63,914 nt of DNA, filler included, from Vicugna vicugna (GCA_013265495.1; 75 parts of 71 records of this genome joined end to end with filler, not necessarily neighbours in it), one strand, 5' to 3'; shown: positions 23,889 to 37,436, counted from the first letter of the whole stretch. Program-made: numbers and translations. The notes: generated by a model not told the origin, from the sequence alone.

Positions 23889-24695
23889 GGCCTATGGAAA
23901 CACTCAGGGAAATCAAGCCAAGTGATTCTATTAAATCCCAGGTGCTTATGTCAGTTGGAGGAATCTCCCCACACTCAGGATACCAGAACACCACATCGTG
24001 TGTTTGCTGAAGGTGGGGAAACCGTGTCCTTGCAACTTTCAGGGGCCACAGGTATACCCAAATATTTGGTTGTAGGTTAAACGACTGCAAATCCCGTGGG
24101 GAGGCACTCAATAATACTTGGTTTTAGAGCCCAACCCGCACATTCCCCCGCACTCCCGCCTAGGCTAGCCATCAGGGAAGACAAGTTAATGGTTTCTATT
24201 ATAACCCAGGTCCTGCTGTCAGTTGTAGGTGCCTCCCCACACTCAGGAGACCTCAACAAGTCTTCATGTGTGTGCTGGAGTTGGGGAAACTGGGTCGACG
24301 CATTTTTTGGTGGGCACAGTTGTTCCAAGTTTGGGGATGTATTTTAAACACCTCCACTGCCCAGAAAGAAGCACTCGCTATTACTAGTCTTTAATGCCCA
24401 ACACCCAACTTCGCTCACAGCGTGGTAAATGGAATCACTCAGGGAAAGCAAGCCACATGATATTATAGGTTCCCAGTTGCTGCTGTCTTTTGGAGGTGCC
24501 TACCCACACTCTGTATACCAGAACTATTCTTCGTGGGTATGCTAGTGGTGGGGAAACAGAGACCACGTATTTATATGGGGGGCAGGTGTTTAAAGGTTAG
24601 GGATGTTGTTTTAAAAACCTCCATGCCCATAGAGAGGCACTCGATAAAATCTAGCTATAGAGACCAAACCCCACATTAGATCAAAGCCTGACCTA
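23889..24695 (+). repeat. Diverged satellite B
   Basis: Three heterogeneous monomers sharing CCCCACACTCAGGA and GGGGAAAC motifs. Confidence 0.9.
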
Positions 24696-24795
24696 NNNNN
24701 NNNNNNNNNNNNNNNNNNNNNNNNNNNNNNNNNNNNNNNTTAATTAATTAANNNNNNNNNNNNNNNNNNNNNNNNNNNNNNNNNNNNNNNNNNNN

Positions 24796-25174
24796 TGTAG
24801 CATGTATGGAACCCGGAATTCCATGTTGATGGAATTCATGCAAATTGCATACGTATTAGTTGGAAATCGCTCCAGAACTATTTTTCTGTGAAAAATGCCC
24901 GAATCCGAACCTGGTGTTAGGGAAAGCTTGTGAAAATGTGTACACGTGTCTAGATGAAAGTATTCCCTTTNNNNNNNNNNNNNNNNNNNNNNNNNNNNNN
25001 NNNNNNNNNNNNNNTTAATTAATTAANNNNNNNNNNNNNNNNNNNNNNNNNNNNNNNNNNNNNNNNNNNNCATGCTCACAAGTCAGAACTGCATGATTGC
25101 CGAATCCGTCATGCATGAAGTATGTACGCAGCCCGGAATGCCATGTTGATGGAATTCATGTAAATTACATATCT
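24796..25174 (+). repeat. ~246-bp satellite D (two tiny scaffolds)
   Basis: Near-identical to 60250-60470. Confidence 0.9.
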
Positions 25175-25848
25175 NNNNNNNNNNNNNNNNNNNNNNNNNN
25201 NNNNNNNNNNNNNNNNNNTTAATTAATTAANNNNNNNNNNNNNNNNNNNNNNNNNNNNNNNNNNNNNNNNNNNNCCTCTGTAACTATTGCAAGTGGAGAG
25301 AGTTTTAATTCTTGTGGAATACCTCATGCTGTGAGAGAGGAAAATTTTACACACCTGCCTCCCTTTCCATGTGCCTCTACAAGGACAGAAATCTTCCCAG
25401 AGCTTTCCAGACAGCTCCCACCCAGAAAGTGCCCACAGGATGTGTTCTGTGACTGAATTTTTCCAGACAGGTGGTCTGAGGCCATTCTTTAGGTCCCAAC
25501 AGTAGCCTCTAGGGACACCTCCCTGTGTGGCCCAGCCCTTGCCCCACCCTCACCTACACACATACACCAGCCCTGCCTTTCTGACCTTTGGTCTCTGCTT
25601 CGGGGGCTCCTGGTCCTCCACCTGACTTGCAGCGAGGTGGGCACGGTGCTCCAGGTCAGACCAGGGTGTGCTGAGCTACCCGTCAGCCCCGGGTAGGTCC
25701 ATTGGAGAGCCCTGGGTGATGTCTGGGTCAGAGGCCTGCCCCACTGATNNNNNNNNNNNNNNNNNNNNNNNNNNNNNNNNNNNNNNNNNNNNTTAATTAA
25801 TTAANNNNNNNNNNNNNNNNNNNNNNNNNNNNNNNNNNNNNNNNNNNN

Positions 25849-26765
25849 CTATATTCTAAATTCTATATTCAGTATTATGTATTTTATATTCTAAATTATG
25901 TGTTCTGCATTTAATGTTCTAAATTCTGTATTCTAAATTCTCTATTCTACATTCTATATTCTGTGTTCTAAATTCTATATTATAAATTCTATATTCAGTA
26001 TTCTTTGTTCTATATTTTAAAGTCTGTGTTCTACATTCTATAAGATCGNNNNNNNNNNNNNNNNNNNNNNNNNNNNNNNNNNNNNNNNNNNNNNNNNNNN
26101 NNNNNNNNNNNNNNNNNNNNNNNNNNNNNNNNNNNNNNNNNNNNNTGTGTTTTCTACATTCTATATTCTAAATTATATATTCAGTATTTTGTATTCTATA
26201 TTCTATATTCTGTGTTCTACATTCAATTTTTTAATTGTTTATTAAGTATTTTGTATATTATTTATAAATTCTGTGTACTGCTTTCCATATTGTAAATTCT
26301 GGATTCTATATTCTCCTTTATATATTCTATATTCTGTGTTCTACATTGTATATTCTAAATTCTATATTCAGTATTATGTATTCTATATTCTAAATTCTGT
26401 TTTCTGCATTCCATGTTCCAAATTCTGGGCTCTACGTTCTGTATTCTATATTCTATATTGTGTGTTTTTCATTCTAGGTTCTACATACTATATTTTGCAT
26501 TCCGTATACTATATTCTATATTCTGTGTCCTACATTCAATATTCTATATTCTATATTCAGTATTCTGTATTCTATATTCTAAATTATGTGTTCTGCGTTC
26601 CATTTCTAAATTCAGTGTTCTGTATTCTGTTTTCCATATTCTATATTCTGTTTTATATTTCAATATTGTGTATTCTATATTCTGCATTCCGTATAATATA
26701 TTCAATATTTTGTGTTCTATATTCTATATTCTATATTCTATATTCAGTATTCCATATTCTATATT
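25849..26765 (+). repeat. Heptamer satellite E
   Basis: NNTTCTR periodicity. Confidence 0.95.
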
Positions 26766-28179
26766 NNNNNNNNNNNNNNNNNNNNNNNNNNNNNNNNNNN
26801 NNNNNNNNNTTAATTAATTAANNNNNNNNNNNNNNNNNNNNNNNNNNNNNNNNNNNNNNNNNNNNAATACCTTTTCACACAAGTAGGTACTGCCAAATAC
26901 TGAGATACCACGCTATAAGTGTACAATTTTAATTGAGCATGTTTCTCTCTTCAGAGACATTTGTAGAATTTTGTTAGATTCTTCTTTGGATATTTGCCTT
27001 TTGGCGTGTCGTTTCATTGCAGATTAATCACTTCCAATTGAAAGTTAGGTAGAAGTGAAAGGCTTTTGAAACATGAAATTCCCCTTTGCACAGGTCAATT
27101 GCACAGTTAAAGGATTTGCAAATGTAGAAATATCCTTTGCACTTACATTGAGGCAGGTAAATACTGCTAGACATGTAGTTTGAGCTCAGAAAATATCACT
27201 GCTGCAGTTTTTTTTATGGAAATGGAGATCTTGCTTCTTGTTTTGAAAAAAAAAACGAGAAAAGTGTGAAAGTAGCTTGACATTACTTCATCACTAAATG
27301 TCATTAAATGTCAAAGTAGTGTTTTTGTTTTCTTTAGATAAATACTCAGCAGTGGGATTGCTGTGTCATATGGTTGTACTATATTTACTTTNNNNNNNNN
27401 NNNNNNNNNNNNNNNNNNNNNNNNNNNNNNNNNNNTTAATTAATTAANNNNNNNNNNNNNNNNNNNNNNNNNNNNNNNNNNNNNNNNNNNNCGCTAAAAA
27501 GTTTGATATTCCCTAAGAAGCAGAGTGTGGTAATCAACGTACTTTTGTAAGAGGTTTCCTCCCACTCTGAGATTTTTCTGTTTGGCTTTCTGAGTAGCCA
27601 ACGACGGTCAACCTCCTCCCATCGAAAGGGTCTGCCTTTCGTGACACAAGCTGCCTGGCCCTAGAATCCTCAAGGCCACTTCAGCCTAAGGCCAGAACAG
27701 AATCCAATTCAATTCCGTAACTTTGCACCACTGGAATTCTTCCATTGCAGCTGCGTCTAAGTCATACAGTCATCTGACCACCTCCTGTGAGGGTCTGAGA
27801 TGCCGGACCAAACACTGGGACAAGTACGATGTGTTCCCAGGCTGGAAAAAGCTCATGTGTTATTAAGACACACAGTAATGAACACACACAATTTTATGTA
27901 GGAAGAGACACAGAGAAGGGCAGTCAGCCTGGAGGAATGAAAACAATCAAAAACTGAACCTTCCTAGACATGAGTTGGGTCTTGGTTTCAGACACTTAGG
28001 GTTTCTCTGAGCTTGAGCTTGGGTGGGTACTGGATGCCCCCCTATACTGTCCCTGCACCCCTACATGGAGAAGCAGCTCNNNNNNNNNNNNNNNNNNNNN
28101 NNNNNNNNNNNNNNNNNNNNNNNTTAATTAATTAANNNNNNNNNNNNNNNNNNNNNNNNNNNNNNNNNNNNNNNNNNNN

Positions 28180-28871
28180 GAATGTAGAAAACAGATTATA
28201 GAATCCAGAATTAAGAACACGCTATGCAGAACACAGAATTAAAAATATAGCTTAGATAATACTGAATATAGAATTTAGAATATAGAATGCAGAACACAGA
28301 ATATAGAATATAGTATACGGAATACAAAATATAGTATGTAGAATCTAGAATGAAAAACACACAATTTAGAATATAGAATAGAGAATGTAGAACCCAGAAT
28401 ATAGAACATGGGATGCAACACACAGAATTTAGAATAGAGAATACAAAATACTGAATATACAATTTAGAATATAGAATATAGAACACAGAATAAAGAATAT
28501 AGAATACGGAATGCAGAATGTAGAATGTAGAATATAGAATGAAGAATACAAAATATAAAATATAGAATAGATAGAGAATATTCAACACAGAATTTAGAAC
28601 ATGGAATGCAGAACATAGAATTTAGAATATAGAATACAGAATACTGAATATACAATTTAGAATATAGAATGTAGAACTCAGAATTTAGAATATATTATAA
28701 AGAATACTTAATATAGAGTTTAGAATATAGAATGTAGAACACAGAATTTATAATATAAAATACAGAAAGTTGAATATAGTATTTAGAATTTAGAATGAGG
28801 AAATAGGATATAGAATATAGATTATGGATTATAAAACCCAGAATTTAGAACATGGAATGCATAACACAGAA
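28180..28871 (-). repeat. Heptamer satellite E with 63-bp sub-period
   Basis: ACTGAATAT-type heptamer at 28644, 28707, 28770. Confidence 0.95.
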
Positions 28872-28971
28872 NNNNNNNNNNNNNNNNNNNNNNNNNNNNN
28901 NNNNNNNNNNNNNNNTTAATTAATTAANNNNNNNNNNNNNNNNNNNNNNNNNNNNNNNNNNNNNNNNNNNN

Positions 28972-29300
28972 TTGAAAACACAATGACAGAGTAAAATTTT
29001 AAAGACAGCCAAAAAAGTTATGATAATCTACAAAGGAACCCCCATTTGGCTTTTAGCAGATTTCTGAGCAAAAAATATACGCCAATCGTAAATAAGATTG
29101 TATTTTCAAACTAATGAAATAAGAAATCACTCACCCAATTATTCTTACACAGTTATCACTTAGATATAAAGTGAAAGCAAAGACTTTAACTAACAAACCT
29201 GAATGAGATGGAAAAGCAAAATCGAGACACCTTATTAGAGGTGTAGAAAAGAAGTCTTCTAAGAAATATAAAATGGCAAAAATATGCTAAACATTGACCA
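28972..29300 (+). mobile_element. Old LINE-1 ORF1 fragment
   Basis: AAAATTTTAAAGACAGCC...CTACAAAGGAACCCCCATTTGGCTTTTAGCAGATTTCT resembles L1 ORF1 (ILKAA...YKG.PIRL.ADFS). Confidence 0.75.
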
Positions 29301-29554
29301 AAAGCTAAGGAGAGACCATGAGAAAGGTTCAACACTTTCTTTGGGTATGTTCTTAAATGCTACTATTCTATATGGATTAAAGAGTGAAAAAGAGGTAATC
29401 AGGGGCAATAAATACAGATACTACAAACTGGTATCATGTTCACAAGAGTAAAAGAAATAATTTGAAACAGTAATCATAAAAAGTAAAGTGTAAAATAAAA
29501 CAATATTAAAGGAAGATGCTATCAGCAGAAAAAGGACTAAATTATACAGGATAT

Positions 29555-29797
29555 GTTTTATTTTATTTGAAGTACATTAGATGTAAAATATTGTGTAGTT
29601 TCAGATGTAAAGCATAGTGATTCCAACCACTTTGTAGATTATATATGTAGATTATATTGCATTATGAATTATTACAGTAATTATAACATACAATTATTTT
29701 AAGCTATTGAGTACAACTCCATACTGTATACAGATTATCCTTGTTGCTTCTATATTAATGTATACTTCTTTGTGTCTGTCAGTGCCCTACCATTGAA
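29555..29797 (-). mobile_element. LINE-1 3' UTR fragment
   Basis: TTTATTTGAAGTACA...GTTTCAGATGTAAAGCATAGTGATTC is a typical antisense laurasiatherian L1 3' end. Confidence 0.7.
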
Positions 29798-29897
29798 NNN
29801 NNNNNNNNNNNNNNNNNNNNNNNNNNNNNNNNNNNNNNNNNTTAATTAATTAANNNNNNNNNNNNNNNNNNNNNNNNNNNNNNNNNNNNNNNNNNNN

Positions 29898-30489
29898 AGG
29901 GGTTAATATCTAACATATATAAACAGCTCATAAAACCCAATATAAAAAAAGCCCACTTAAAAAAATGAGCAAATGATTTGAATATACTTTTTCCAAGGAA
30001 GAAATGCAGATGGCCAACAGGCACATGAAAAGATTCTCAGCATCACAGAGCATCAATCATCTGTCAGAATGGCTATCATCAAAACTAAAAATGAATGCTG
30101 GTGAAGACGTGAAGAAAAGGGAACGTGTACACTCTTAGAAGAAATATAAATTGGTGCAGCAACTGTGGAAAACAGCATGGAGTTTCCTCAAAAAACTGAA
30201 AGTAGAAGTAATACATGGTGCAGCAATTCCACTCCTGGGTATGTGTCCAAAGAAGAAAAAACAGCTAATTCCACAAGACACTTGCACCTCCATGTTTATA
30301 GCAGCATTACTTATGGGAGCCAAGACACAGAAGCTCTACAAACACCCCTCTAATACTCGTGACGGAGAAGCCATAACAGCAATGCAGTTCTGCCGTTTGC
30401 AGCAACATGGACGGACCTAGGGAGTGTTATGCTTAGGGAGGTATGTCAGACAGAGAAACACAAATGCCCTATGTTATCACATACGTGTG
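29898..30489 (+). mobile_element. LINE-1 ORF2 3' fragment
   Basis: VQQLWKTAWSFLKKLKVE...AIPLLGM...DTCTSMFIAAL. Confidence 0.93.
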
Positions 30490-32301
30490 NNNNNNNNNNN
30501 NNNNNNNNNNNNNNNNNNNNNNNNNNNNNNNNNTTAATTAATTAANNNNNNNNNNNNNNNNNNNNNNNNNNNNNNNNNNNNNNNNNNNNCACTTGACTCG
30601 CTGCAGGGATGCTCCCACACTGCCGTGTTCCCCCAGAGACCGAGGGCTTTCTGCTTGTTCCCTAAGGCCCCACCCCCGAGAGGACACTGGGTCCAGTGGA
30701 GCGTGCAGCCTGCTTCCCCGCCAGCCCTTAGGGCCTTGGTGGGGCCTGGAACATCAACTACCCTCCCCTTAGGGGCCCGTTTGTCCTTTCCAGCAAACAG
30801 ACCTAGGTCATAAGCACTTTAACCCAACTGAGGGTGTTTTCCTCACTTCAGGGGCAGTGAGGACTGGGCTTCTTCAAACTCCAAGTGCCCCCGGTCTGCA
30901 TGCAGAAAGTCTGGCTCATCCCTCAGTCCTGCAGGTCCCGGCCACACCTGCTGCTGGTCACTGAGTCTGTGCTGTGTTCTCTTCCAGGACAAGAGGTGAA
31001 CTCTGCCCCCTGCCCCGCCCCCACCAGCGGTGGCAGAGGCGGCGGACACCCAGGTGAGCTGGGGCCTGAGACCGTGCCCGCAAATCAGTGCCACAGAGGC
31101 CGCTGGTGACTAGAGACGGGGCAGAAGGCAGCATGGGATGGGAGGGGGAGGAAGGTTCAGGATAAAGAGATGAAAGGGGGAACGGATAGCACCGTGAGGA
31201 CCTCGATCATGAAAGGGAAGAAAAAAGACAGTGACAGCTGGAGCGGTGTTGGTAACGTTAAAAGCTGCGGGCTTTTTCATTTAATTTTATTAATTACCAT
31301 NNNNNNNNNNNNNNNNNNNNNNNNNNNNNNNNNNNNNNNNNNNNTTAATTAATTAANNNNNNNNNNNNNNNNNNNNNNNNNNNNNNNNNNNNNNNNNNNN
31401 TCTGCTCTGCCATCACCTGAGCCGGGATGAGCTGAGATGATCACATACCCCGGAGAGCATGGCGGATGGTTCATGAAGTTGCAAAACACTCGCCCTCTGA
31501 CTGCCAGGGGTTACTTAGGATGGACAAACTGAAGGGAGCACCACGTGCACCGCCCTACCCTACAACTCACTTGAAGCACCAGAACTGCACACATGGGAAG
31601 CGCTGGCCCTTTCCAACCTAAGGAGAGGGACTATGGATGAGAANNNNNNNNNNNNNNNNNNNNNNNNNNNNNNNNNNNNNNNNNNNNNNNNNNNNNNNNN
31701 NNNNNNNNNNNNNNNNNNNNNNNNNNNNNNNNNNNNNNNNNNNNNNNNNNNNNNNNNNNNNNNNNNNNNNNNNNNNNNNNNNNNNNNNNNNNNNNNNNNN
31801 NNNNNNNNNNNNNNNNNNNNNNNNNNNNNNNNNNNNNNNNNNNNNNNNNNNNNNNNNNNNNNNNNNNNNNNNNNNNNNNNNNNNNNNNNNNNNNNNNNNN
31901 NNNNNNNNNNNNNNNNNNNNNNNNNNNNNNNNNNNNNNNNNNNNNNNNNNNNNNNNNNNNNNNNNNNNNNNNNNNNNNNNNNNNNNNNNNNNNNNNNNNN
32001 NNNNNNNNNNNNNNNNNNNNNNNNNGCTCTTATTCCTGCTACAGATGGAAGGGTCCATATCTGTGTGGGTGAGGAAGGACCAAGGATGAGAAACCAACAT
32101 TTTCTAACCCATTTCTCCTTTTTAGAGTCCCAGACAAAACAGTGTGATTGTATCAAAAAAACAAGAACATCTGCACCCTTCTATAAGCACGCTACAGCTT
32201 TNNNNNNNNNNNNNNNNNNNNNNNNNNNNNNNNNNNNNNNNNNNNTTAATTAATTAANNNNNNNNNNNNNNNNNNNNNNNNNNNNNNNNNNNNNNNNNNN
32301 N

Positions 32302-33165
32302 GTGGAGTCTGTTTCCAGACTTCCAACACACACACGAACACTTGCCGAGTTATCCTGATAGTGGGCAGCCTCCTCCAAATGACAGTAGGGCCTGGGTTCT
32401 AATAAAATCGCTTAACTTGTCTTCCCTGTTTGATTGCCTGATACGGAGTGCGGGGGAAAGTGGGGGTTGGGCTTTAAATCCAAGTATTAGCGAGTGCTTC
32501 TTCATGGGAAGTGGAGGTTATTAACCAAAAACCCACAACCTGGGAACACCTGTGCCCCCATATATATCCGTGGAGTCTGTTTCCAGACTTCCAACACACA
32601 CACGAACACTTGCCGAGTTATCCTGATAGTGGGCAGCCTCCTCCAACTGACAGCAGCATCTGGGATCTAATAGGATCCCTTAGGTTGACTTCCCTGTGAG
32701 TTTTCCAAGGACCGCCTTGGAGCGAATTTGGGGGTTGGGCTCTAAAGCCAAGTAATAGCGAGTGCCTCTCTATGGGCAGTGGAGGTGTTTAAAGTACATT
32801 CCCTCCCTGGGAACACCTGTGACCCATAAAGTTGCGTGGACTATGTGTCCCCAACACCAGCACAAACACAAAGAATTGTTCAGGTATCCAGTGTGTGGGG
32901 TGTCTCCTCCACCTGACAGCAGCGCCTGGGTTCTAATACTATCCCTTAGCTTGTCTTCTGTGATGGCATGCCTAGGCTGGAGTGTGGGGGGAAGTGGGGT
33001 TTGGGCTTGAAGTCCAAGTAGCAATGAGTGCCCCTGATTTACTGGGGAAGTACTTAGAGTATTTCACCCTAAAATGGAACACCTGTTCCCCCATTCATCT
33101 GCGTGGACTGGTTCTCCACCACTCCCCCCCACACACAAGGCTGGGATCCGGAATCCTGAGTGTGT
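32302..33165 (-). repeat. Diverged satellite B
   Basis: GTGGAGTCTGTTTCCAGAC at 32302 and 32570 (268 bp apart). Confidence 0.92.
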
Positions 33166-35023
33166 NNNNNNNNNNNNNNNNNNNNNNNNNNNNNNNNNNN
33201 NNNNNNNNNTTAATTAATTAANNNNNNNNNNNNNNNNNNNNNNNNNNNNNNNNNNNNNNNNNNNNACTCAGGAAAAAGGTCCTCATGACTTTTTCTTCTG
33301 TTTCTGCTACGTATCTTCATAATACTCTTCATAATCACGTTTCTTGTTCAATGTATCCATGGTTCTTGTACCCTGCTTTCTTCTTTTCATGATCACTTTG
33401 AAGTGTCTCCCTAGAAGCAGGAAATTTACCCACATTTCTAAATAAATCCTGTTCCACTTTTCAACCCATGTTGTGCCTTTGAGTTATTGGACAGCTTTCC
33501 TGCTGTAAGGATTTACGCACAGGTGCATCTCACGTGCGTTGTTCCTTCTGAACTCATACGGTCCCCCACAAATTCTCTCCCCTTCTCACGTGTGAAAATG
33601 TCCAACTTGATAGATTATCTCAAAGTGAACACACCCATGTCCCTATTACCAGGTTAAGAAATAGAACTTAACCCCTTTCCTTTCAAATTATCTCTCTCAA
33701 NNNNNNNNNNNNNNNNNNNNNNNNNNNNNNNNNNNNNNNNNNNNNNNNNNNNNNNNNNNNNNNNNNNNNNNNNNNNNNNNNNNNNNNNNNNNNNNNNNNN
33801 NNNNNNNNNNNNNNNNNNNNNNNNNNNNNNNNNNNNNNNNNNNNNNNNNNNNNNNNNNNNNNNNNNNNNNNNNNNNNNNNNNNNNNNNNNNNNNNNNNNN
33901 NNNNNNNNNNNNNNNNNNNNNNNNNNNNNNNNNNNNNNNNNNNNNNNNNNNNNNNNNNNNNNNNNNNNNNNNNNNNNNTTTATTCCTATTTATTTTGTAT
34001 GCTATTATAGGCTATAGGTTAAATTTTTTATTCTTTCGCTGTTCCTGACATATATAAAAGCAATTAATTTATGTATGTTAATCTTGTTACCAAACTCCCT
34101 TACTATATCCAGTAGTTACTCAATAGATTGTTTTTTTAATTTTACATGAACAGTTATAGCAACTATAGTTGATGGCATGCCTGTCTATAAAGTTGAGCTA
34201 AACGGCATATATAGGAGCAAAACCAATTTTTGCAAAGGTATTTTATAGATAAAGGGCTTTGTCAAGACAAGCAGAATTTCCTCTAGCCTGGAGGAGGATT
34301 TGAAAAATGAATGCATGTTTCTTAAATGTGAGTGGGTTAGTCAACCATGGAAATTCAGGGTCAGGAGAGGCTCACATGACAAAGTTGGCAGTGCACAGCC
34401 AAGCAGTGCACAGGAGAGAAGGACACTGCGCCTGAGTCTTCCAGTCCCTTGGGAAAAACCACGTGNNNNNNNNNNNNNNNNNNNNNNNNNNNNNNNNNNN
34501 NNNNNNNNNTTAATTAATTAANNNNNNNNNNNNNNNNNNNNNNNNNNNNNNNNNNNNNNNNNNNNTGTTGATATTCTCTCCTGAGCTTCTTTCTCACCTG
34601 CAGCCTGGCTTGCTGGTCATCTTCTCGTGTGGTCCTAGGGTAGAAATGCACCTACATCTCTCACTCTGACTCTGATCAATCAGAAGGGCTGATCTGGCCC
34701 CTGGACTCCCAAGATGATGCTTTTGTTTCTTGCAAACTGTCCACTCGTTCTACTTGAAGCCACCTTCATTTGCCTGCACCATTTTACTTTCCCTGGGAAG
34801 CCCATTCTTGCTTGTTCATAAACTCTCCCTTAGCAATAAGCTGCCAGGGGGAGAGGATAAGCAGGGAAATCACTCAAAAGGCACAATAAATGAGGGCCTT
34901 GAAAATCACATTGATTTTCTTTTCCAATTTACAAAAGTAACACTGTTAATTGTAGAGAATTTTGCATTCAGAAGAAATGAAAATAACTATTAACATTTTG
35001 GTGTTAATTATGTCTGGTTTCCC

Positions 35024-35056
<33 letters not shown>
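35024..35056 (+). repeat. (TG)n microsatellite
   Basis: Direct reading. Confidence 0.9.
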
Positions 35057-35057
<1 letters not shown>

Positions 35058-35233
35058 CACACATATATACATATTTTTAAAAACTAAAAATGGGATGATA
35101 TTGTCTAAATTGCTCATAACTTTTGTTTTCCACATTATTAAACTATATTGTAACATTAAGTAGGCTTCTAAAGCATCATTTTAATATCCATATAGTAGCC
35201 TACTATAGGAATGTACTAATTTTAAACAATCTT

Positions 35234-35476
35234 AACAGACTCACAGACATAGAAAACAAACTTATGGTTACCGGGGGGAAAGGAGTTGGGGGTATAAAAA
35301 GGGAGTTGAGGATTCACAGATACCAACTACTGTATACAAAACAGATAAACAACAAGGTCCTACTGTACAGCACAGGGAACTGTATTCAATATCTTCTACT
35401 AGCCTATAATGAAAGAGAATATGAAAAGGAACATATACATATGTATAACTGAATCACTATGCTGTACACCAGAAAC
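35234..35476 (+). mobile_element. Cetartiodactyl-type LINE-1 3' UTR
   Basis: ACAGACTCACAGACATAGAAAACAAACTTATGGTTACC...AACAACAAGGTCCTACTGTACAGCACAGGGAACT...TGAATCACTATGCTGTACACCAGAAA. Confidence 0.9.
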
Positions 35477-35576
35477 NNNNNNNNNNNNNNNNNNNNNNNN
35501 NNNNNNNNNNNNNNNNNNNNTTAATTAATTAANNNNNNNNNNNNNNNNNNNNNNNNNNNNNNNNNNNNNNNNNNNN

Positions 35577-36417
35577 TTTGCAGGATATCCCAGTGACAGA
35601 GGCTCCCTACCCAAGGTCAGGGAAGTGATTTCTCGGACTTCCCGTACAGGGAACACCTGTGACTGAAGAGACCTGCGTGGAATTTTCTCTCGAGCTCCCC
35701 CACGCACTGACAATGGTTCCGGAATCCTGAGCGTGGGGAGGTTCCACCAACGGTCGGCAGCGCGTGGGTTCTAACGGAATGCCTAAGCTCGTCTCCCCTG
35801 AGGGTTTTCCTAATGTCTCTGTGCCAGGGAAAGCTAGGGGGTTTTGCAGGATATCCCAGTGACAGAGGCTCCCTACCCAAGGTCAGGGAAGTTATTTCTC
35901 GGACTTCCCCGAACAGGGAACACCTGTGCCTGAAGAGAGAGCGTGGAGTTTTCTCTCGATCTCCCCAACGCCCTGAAAATTTTTCCGGAATCCTTAGCGT
36001 GGGGAGGTTCCACCAACGGTCGGCAGCGCGTGGGTTCTAACGGAAAGCCTAAGCTCGTCTCCCCTGAGGGTTTTACTAATGTCACTGTGCCAGGGAATGC
36101 TAGGGGGTTTGCAGGATATCCCAGTGACAGAGGCTGCCTCCCCAAGGTCAGGGAAGTTTTTTCTCGGACTTCCGCGAACAGGGAACACCTGTGACTGAAG
36201 AGAGCTGNNNNNNNNNNNNNNNNNNNNNNNNNNNNNNNNNNNNNNNNNNNNNNNNNNNNNNNNNNNNNNNNNNNNNNNNNNNNNNNNNNNNNNNNNNNNN
36301 NNNNNNNGGAAAGCCTAGCTTCCCTGAGGGTTTTCCTATTGTCTCTGTGCCAGGAATTGCAAGGGTGTTTTGCAGGATATGCCTGTGACAGAGGCTGCCT
36401 CCCCAAGGTCAGGGAAG
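35577..36417 (-). repeat. 267-bp satellite A
   Basis: CAGGATATCC at 35581, 35847, 36112. Confidence 0.95.
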
Positions 36418-36517
36418 NNNNNNNNNNNNNNNNNNNNNNNNNNNNNNNNNNNNNNNNNNNNTTAATTAATTAANNNNNNNNNNNNNNNNNNNNNNNNNNN
36501 NNNNNNNNNNNNNNNNN

Positions 36518-37336
36518 CGTTTGAACCAACGCACTGCCGACCGTTGGTGGAACCTCCCCACGGTCCGGATTCCGTAGACATTGTCAGTGCGTGGGGTAGC
36601 TCGAGAGACAACTCCACGCAGCTTTCTTCAGTCACAGGTGTTCCCTGTTCGGGGAAGTCCGTGAAGTACATTCCCTGACCATGGGGAGGCAGCCTCTGTC
36701 ACTGGGATATCCTGCAAACCCCGCTAGCATTCCCTGGCACAGAGAAATTAGGAAAACCCTCAGGGGAGACGAGAAGGCTTTCCGTTAGAACCAATGAGCT
36801 GCCGACCTTTGGTGGAACCTCCCCACGCTCAGGATTCCGGAAAAATTGTCAGTCCATGGGGGAACTCGAGACACAACTCTACGCAGCTCTCCTCAGTCAC
36901 AGGTGTTCCCTGTTCGTGGTAGTCCGAGAAGTACCTTCCCTGACCTTGGAGAGGCAGCCTCTGTCACTGGGATACCCTGCAAACACCCCTAGCATTCCCT
37001 AGCAAAGATACATTAGGAAAACCCTCAGGGGAGACGAGCGTAGGCTTTTCGTTAGAACCCACGCGCTGCCGACCGTTGGTGGAACCTCCCCACACTCAGG
37101 ATTCCAGAAAGATTGTCAGTGCGTGGCGGAGCTCGAGAGACAACTCCACGCAGCTCTCTTCAGTCACAGGTGTTCCCTGTTCGGGGAAGTCCGAGAAGAA
37201 CCTTCCCTGACCTTGGGGAGGCAGTCTCTGTCACTGGGATATCGTGCAAACACCCCTAGCAAGAAATTAGGACTCAGGAGAGACGAGGTTCAGCTTTCCG
37301 TTAGAACCCACGCGCTGCCGACCTTTGGTGGAACCT
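36518..37336 (+). repeat. 267-bp satellite A
   Basis: ~3 tandem monomers. Confidence 0.95.
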
Positions 37337-37436
37337 NNNNNNNNNNNNNNNNNNNNNNNNNNNNNNNNNNNNNNNNNNNNTTAATTAATTAANNNNNNNN
37401 NNNNNNNNNNNNNNNNNNNNNNNNNNNNNNNNNNNN

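Noticed and set aside
30843..30935. Possible - strand exon (GLRDEPDFLHADRGHLEFEEAQSSLPL)
   Set aside because: Weak acceptor with no pyrimidine tract; no recognisable homology
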